The translations under genes and the position numbers were made by a program. Under the pieces are notes generated by a model. That model ran no database searches, was not told the DNA's origin, and saw nothing but the letters and a program-made list of their open reading frames with translations. DNA of 47,210 nucleotides from a virus (Duplodnaviria; Caudoviricetes), in IMG/VR virus record IMGVR_UViG_3300032259_000007, positions 1-47,210 of that record; one strand, written 5' to 3'. This document shows positions 44,387 to 47,210 of the stretch, one piece after another. Every line of letters begins with the position of its first letter. The stretch's first letter is position 1.

Positions 44387-44414
44387 ATTCTACCATTAAT
44401 TTAAGACTTTGCAA
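44387..44414 (-). promoter_or_regulatory. Putative late promoter
   Basis: TTGCAA-16-TAGAAT with extended TG. Confidence 0.65.
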
Positions 44415-44435
44415 TAATTCCGTCACAACTTTAAA

Positions 44436-44885
44436 TCAACACTTCTTAACGCGACTGTAATAAGCCCGCCGTCCTTCATTGCGACACGACTTGCAAAGTG
44501 ACTGCCAACCGCCCCGCCCTTTAGGGTCGCGGTGCCAATAAGATCCCGTTAGGGGGAACTGAGTGCAACAATTAGAACATACGCGCCCGACCGCCCCATC
44601 GAAAGAGGGGTAAACCGTAACTTGAAAACCAAGTGGGACTCGGTTCCGGTTTCGGGGGGGACTGAAATAAGCTGGGTCGCAATACGCGAGGTCGGGTATC
44701 CAACCATTACGCATGAGGAAGCAAGCCAACCATTCAGTCGGACGACCATCAACCGCCCCCGCCCAGAATGCCCGTAAAGGTAAGCGTAATAAGTTCTCCT
44801 TATTTAGCCCATTCTGCTCAAGGTTGATTTTAATCGCTTCGGTTGCGTCGTTATTGTTGCCATGTTGCACGTTTATCATTTTCAT
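44436..44885 (-). CDS. Zn-finger protein, candidate late regulator
   Basis: CSNC...CKSC with basic tail; directly upstream of the late promoter. Confidence 0.55.
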   Translation of the reverse strand: MKMINVQHGNNNDATEAIKINLEQNGLNKENLLRLPLRAFWAGAVDGRPTEWLACFLMRNGWIPDLAYCDPAYFSPPRNRNRVPLGFQVTVYPSFDGAVGRVCSNCCTQFPLTGSYWHRDPKGRGGWQSLCKSCRNEGRRAYYSRVKKC

Positions 44886-44953
44886 GTCCGCATGGTATTA
44901 TCAGTTATTCAGTAAATCAATTCTATATTAATTCTTTCCATATTGCAAACGGC

Positions 44954-45016
44954 TTGCAAGTGACCCCCGAAGCGAGGTATAATATTCTTAATGAATAACC
45001 AGTCTTCTAGTCAGAT
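44954..45016 (+). promoter_or_regulatory. Shared-family promoter F (helicase)
   Basis: TTGCAA-18-TATAAT; partial operator AAGTGACCCC; TCTAGTCAGAT at 45006-45016. Confidence 0.75.
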
Positions 45017-45040
45017 GATATATATAAAGGAAGTTTTACT

Positions 45041-47210
45041 ATGTCAGGATTAAAAGCCCTTAATTTTCCACCAACGGACGAGCAAAGAGAAATAGAGCGA
45101 ATAGCCCGCCGTATGATCGACATGCAATTTAACCCCGAAACAAAGAAGCCATTCAGTGTAAATTCAATGGCGGTAAACGCAGGCGCGGGGGTCGGCAAAA
45201 CAGCAACAGGACTGCACATAATTGAAAACGTCGTTCCTAAAAATCATTCTTGTGTTTTCGTCAGCTTCAATTCAAAGATTAAACATGAAATTGAAAACAA
45301 GCTGAAGAAATTGAAAATTCACCCCAAGGCAAAATCTAAAACATTCAACGGTTTAGCCTATAATTTATTCTTTCAATATTACAAAATCGACTATGATAAA
45401 TCTGATCAGATTGTCGCCATTGACGATTTCAAAGCCCGCACTATTGCTGAATACTTGCTGACAACAAAACTCGCTTACAAACAACTTGCACAATATAAGC
45501 CTGAAGACCTTGATAAAGCCTATGCACAAGCAAAGTCCTATTTGGTGGATTTAATTAATTTTTGGCAATGCAACACCACAATCGACCACGACCGGAAAAG
45601 CGACTGGGTTTTAAAAATATTTCAAGGAGGGCGACTCGCTGACGGCGACGCGCTTGACGAATTCAACCCCAGCGATTTGGATATTGTTGCTCGATTATCA
45701 ACCCGTTATCAATTAACGGTTTCAGAATGCCCTTTGATCCACGGCTGGCTGAATACCCTACTCGCCCCCGCCCTTGAACTTAACCATCTAATGATGGAAA
45801 AGCCCCACGACGCTTGGGATAAAATACAAGCACCCTTGGCAAAAGCGGGTATAAAAATTAAAAGCCCCCTGAAGCCGTCAGTTAAGCACTGGGTAACATT
45901 CACTGACATGGTTTATTATTCCGTTGTTTTAAACTGGAAAGTCCGCTTCAGGTATATGTGGGTGTTTGCTGACGAGGCGCAAGATATGAGTCCATTAGAC
46001 CGCGCAATAGTTGAAAAACATTTATATATCAGGGGCGGTAAACGGCTGGGAAATATTTGCTTAACGGGTGATGATAAACAGGCGATCAACGGATGGCGCG
46101 GGGCTGACAATAACGGTTTCTTCAATAGCCAGTGGTTTTGGGGAGTTCGTAAAGAGCAGGTCGGGAAGTTATCAGTTTCCTTTAGAGTTACCAAAAACAC
46201 CGCAAAACTAGCGAGAACTGTTAAGCGCGTGTTCTTTGCTCATGAGGATAACAAGGACGGGGTTATTGCCCACATCAACACTGAAGACCTAATTGAAATG
46301 GCGAAACCCGGCGACGCGATGTTATCGCGGACGGGGGCTGAATTAATTAAGTGTTGGCACATGCTCACATTAAAAGGTAAGCCTGCCCGTATTAAAGCCC
46401 GCGACCTAATCACGCCAATTATCAAAGTAATTGAAGACATTGAAAAATTAGAGGGCTTCCGCTATTCCGCCCTGCCCGACTTCGCTAATCAGCTTTATGA
46501 AACCCAAGAATTAAAAACCAAAGACATCCTTAAAACCGATGCGTCCGCCCTTGCGCGTTTAATGCGTTTAAAAGACAATATTGAAATCATTGTTTATTTA
46601 CATGAAACATTCAGCGCGATAAATTCTTCAGGGTTGATCAGCCAAATCGAAACAAAATTAGACCCAGCCAACCAACCAAAGGGCGAGGCGATCGACGTAG
46701 CGACCGCCCATTCGGTAAAGGGGGCTGAATTCAACACGGTCTTTATTTTAACCCCTGAAAAGTTCCCATTGATATTTGATACTTCAACGCCTGAAGACAT
46801 CATTCAGGAATATAATTTATTTTATGTTGCAATCACGCGGAGCCGGGGCGATGTGTATTTCCTTGACAAAAACAAACTCGCCCTCTCATTCTTGAATGCA
46901 AAGAAAAACGGCACTGAAGCCAATTTGTATTATGACATACCCAAGCCCCGCGAGTTTGTTCCGGCTGAAACCGTTGAAGTAATTGAAGATGACTCCCCCG
47001 CCCTGCCCGAAGTTGATCAGGAAACTCCGGAACCTGAAGCGACCCCTGAAGCGGTCGCTGATCAGCCCGCGCCTAAAGTTATTCAGCCATCTTTATTTAC
47101 TGAAGAAGTAAAACCCAAAAATACCGGCGCGGACTTAACTTTAGCGAACACATTAAAAAAAGCGAACAAACCGCCAAATGTAACGGGGGATTTAAACAAA
47201 TATTTACGGC
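45041..47210 (+). CDS. UvrD/Rep-like SF1 helicase (~762 aa including the wrapped part; missing from the ORF track)
   Basis: TDEQ, AGAGVGKT, FADEAQD, GDDKQAINGWRGAD, SFR, TAHSVKGAEF, NLFYVAITRS. Confidence 0.93.
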   Translation, partial: MSGLKALNFPPTDEQREIERIARRMIDMQFNPETKKPFSVNSMAVNAGAGVGKTATGLHIIENVVPKNHSCVFVSFNSKIKHEIENKLKKLKIHPKAKSKTFNGLAYNLFFQYYKIDYDKSDQIVAIDDFKARTIAEYLLTTKLAYKQLAQYKPEDLDKAYAQAKSYLVDLINFWQCNTTIDHDRKSDWVLKIFQGGRLADGDALDEFNPSDLDIVARLSTRYQLTVSECPLIHGWLNTLLAPALELNHLMMEKPHDAWDKIQAPLAKAGIKIKSPLKPSVKHWVTFTDMVYYSVVLNWKVRFRYMWVFADEAQDMSPLDRAIVEKHLYIRGGKRLGNICLTGDDKQAINGWRGADNNGFFNSQWFWGVRKEQVGKLSVSFRVTKNTAKLARTVKRVFFAHEDNKDGVIAHINTEDLIEMAKPGDAMLSRTGAELIKCWHMLTLKGKPARIKARDLITPIIKVIEDIEKLEGFRYSALPDFANQLYETQELKTKDILKTDASALARLMRLKDNIEIIVYLHETFSAINSSGLISQIETKLDPANQPKGEAIDVATAHSVKGAEFNTVFILTPEKFPLIFDTSTPEDIIQEYNLFYVAITRSRGDVYFLDKNKLALSFLNAKKNGTEANLYYDIPKPREFVPAETVEVIEDDSPALPEVDQETPEPEATPEAVADQPAPKVIQPSLFTEEVKPKNTGADLTLANTLKKANKPPNVTGDLNKYLR
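47011..47040 (+). repeat. Intragenic repeat, diverged copy 3 (VDQETPEPEA)
   Basis: 27/30 identical to copies 1 and 2; two of the three changes are synonymous. Confidence 0.85.
47075..47210. repeat. Terminal direct repeat, right copy
   Basis: Matches 1-136 with one mismatch. Confidence 0.97.

Noticed and set aside
47075-47210. Terminal repeat as a biological DTR of the virion DNA
   Set aside because: It falls mid-gene and looks like an assembler's circular overlap; the single mismatch near the contig end may be an error or a variant.
1-47210. tRNA/rRNA genes, IS elements, introns/inteins, alternative genetic code
   Set aside because: None recognised by eye; genes tile densely with standard stops, and TerL, DnaB and UvrD show no intein-like inserts.

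Overview
The window is a complete, circularly assembled ~47,074-bp tailed-phage genome (positions 1-136 recur at 47075-47210; a UvrD-like helicase gene runs across the join). It has siphovirus-type morphogenesis genes on the minus strand (terminase, portal, protease-capsid fusion, tail tube, tape measure, tail tip, membrane/lysis block, ~21.6-44.3 kb) and a replication block (ERF annealase, HTH initiator with internal iterons, DnaB, DEDDh exonuclease). A repressor-led maintenance operon carries a PolX and a ParM/ParR/parC-like partition cassette, and a tyrosine recombinase lies elsewhere. Together these point to a temperate phage-plasmid; signal-peptide style hints at a Chloroflexota (Anaerolineae-like) host, which is inference only. 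The most striking feature is an RNA-based control layer. Six dispersed sigma70-type promoters share an AAGTG-N4-CACTT-type operator, five share the leader TAGTCAGAT(A) plus SD, and a separate promoter/terminator unit at ~21450-21584 (minus) encodes a small RNA complementary to that leader. Further candidate countertranscripts sit upstream of the replication genes. Also notable: a portal-2H phosphoesterase-MuF triple fusion, a DUF4326-like domain inside the initiator, a peptide shared by three DNA-metabolism proteins, and strong enrichment of CTGATCAG and CTGAAG. All calls were made by eye from motifs and synteny; no searches were run.
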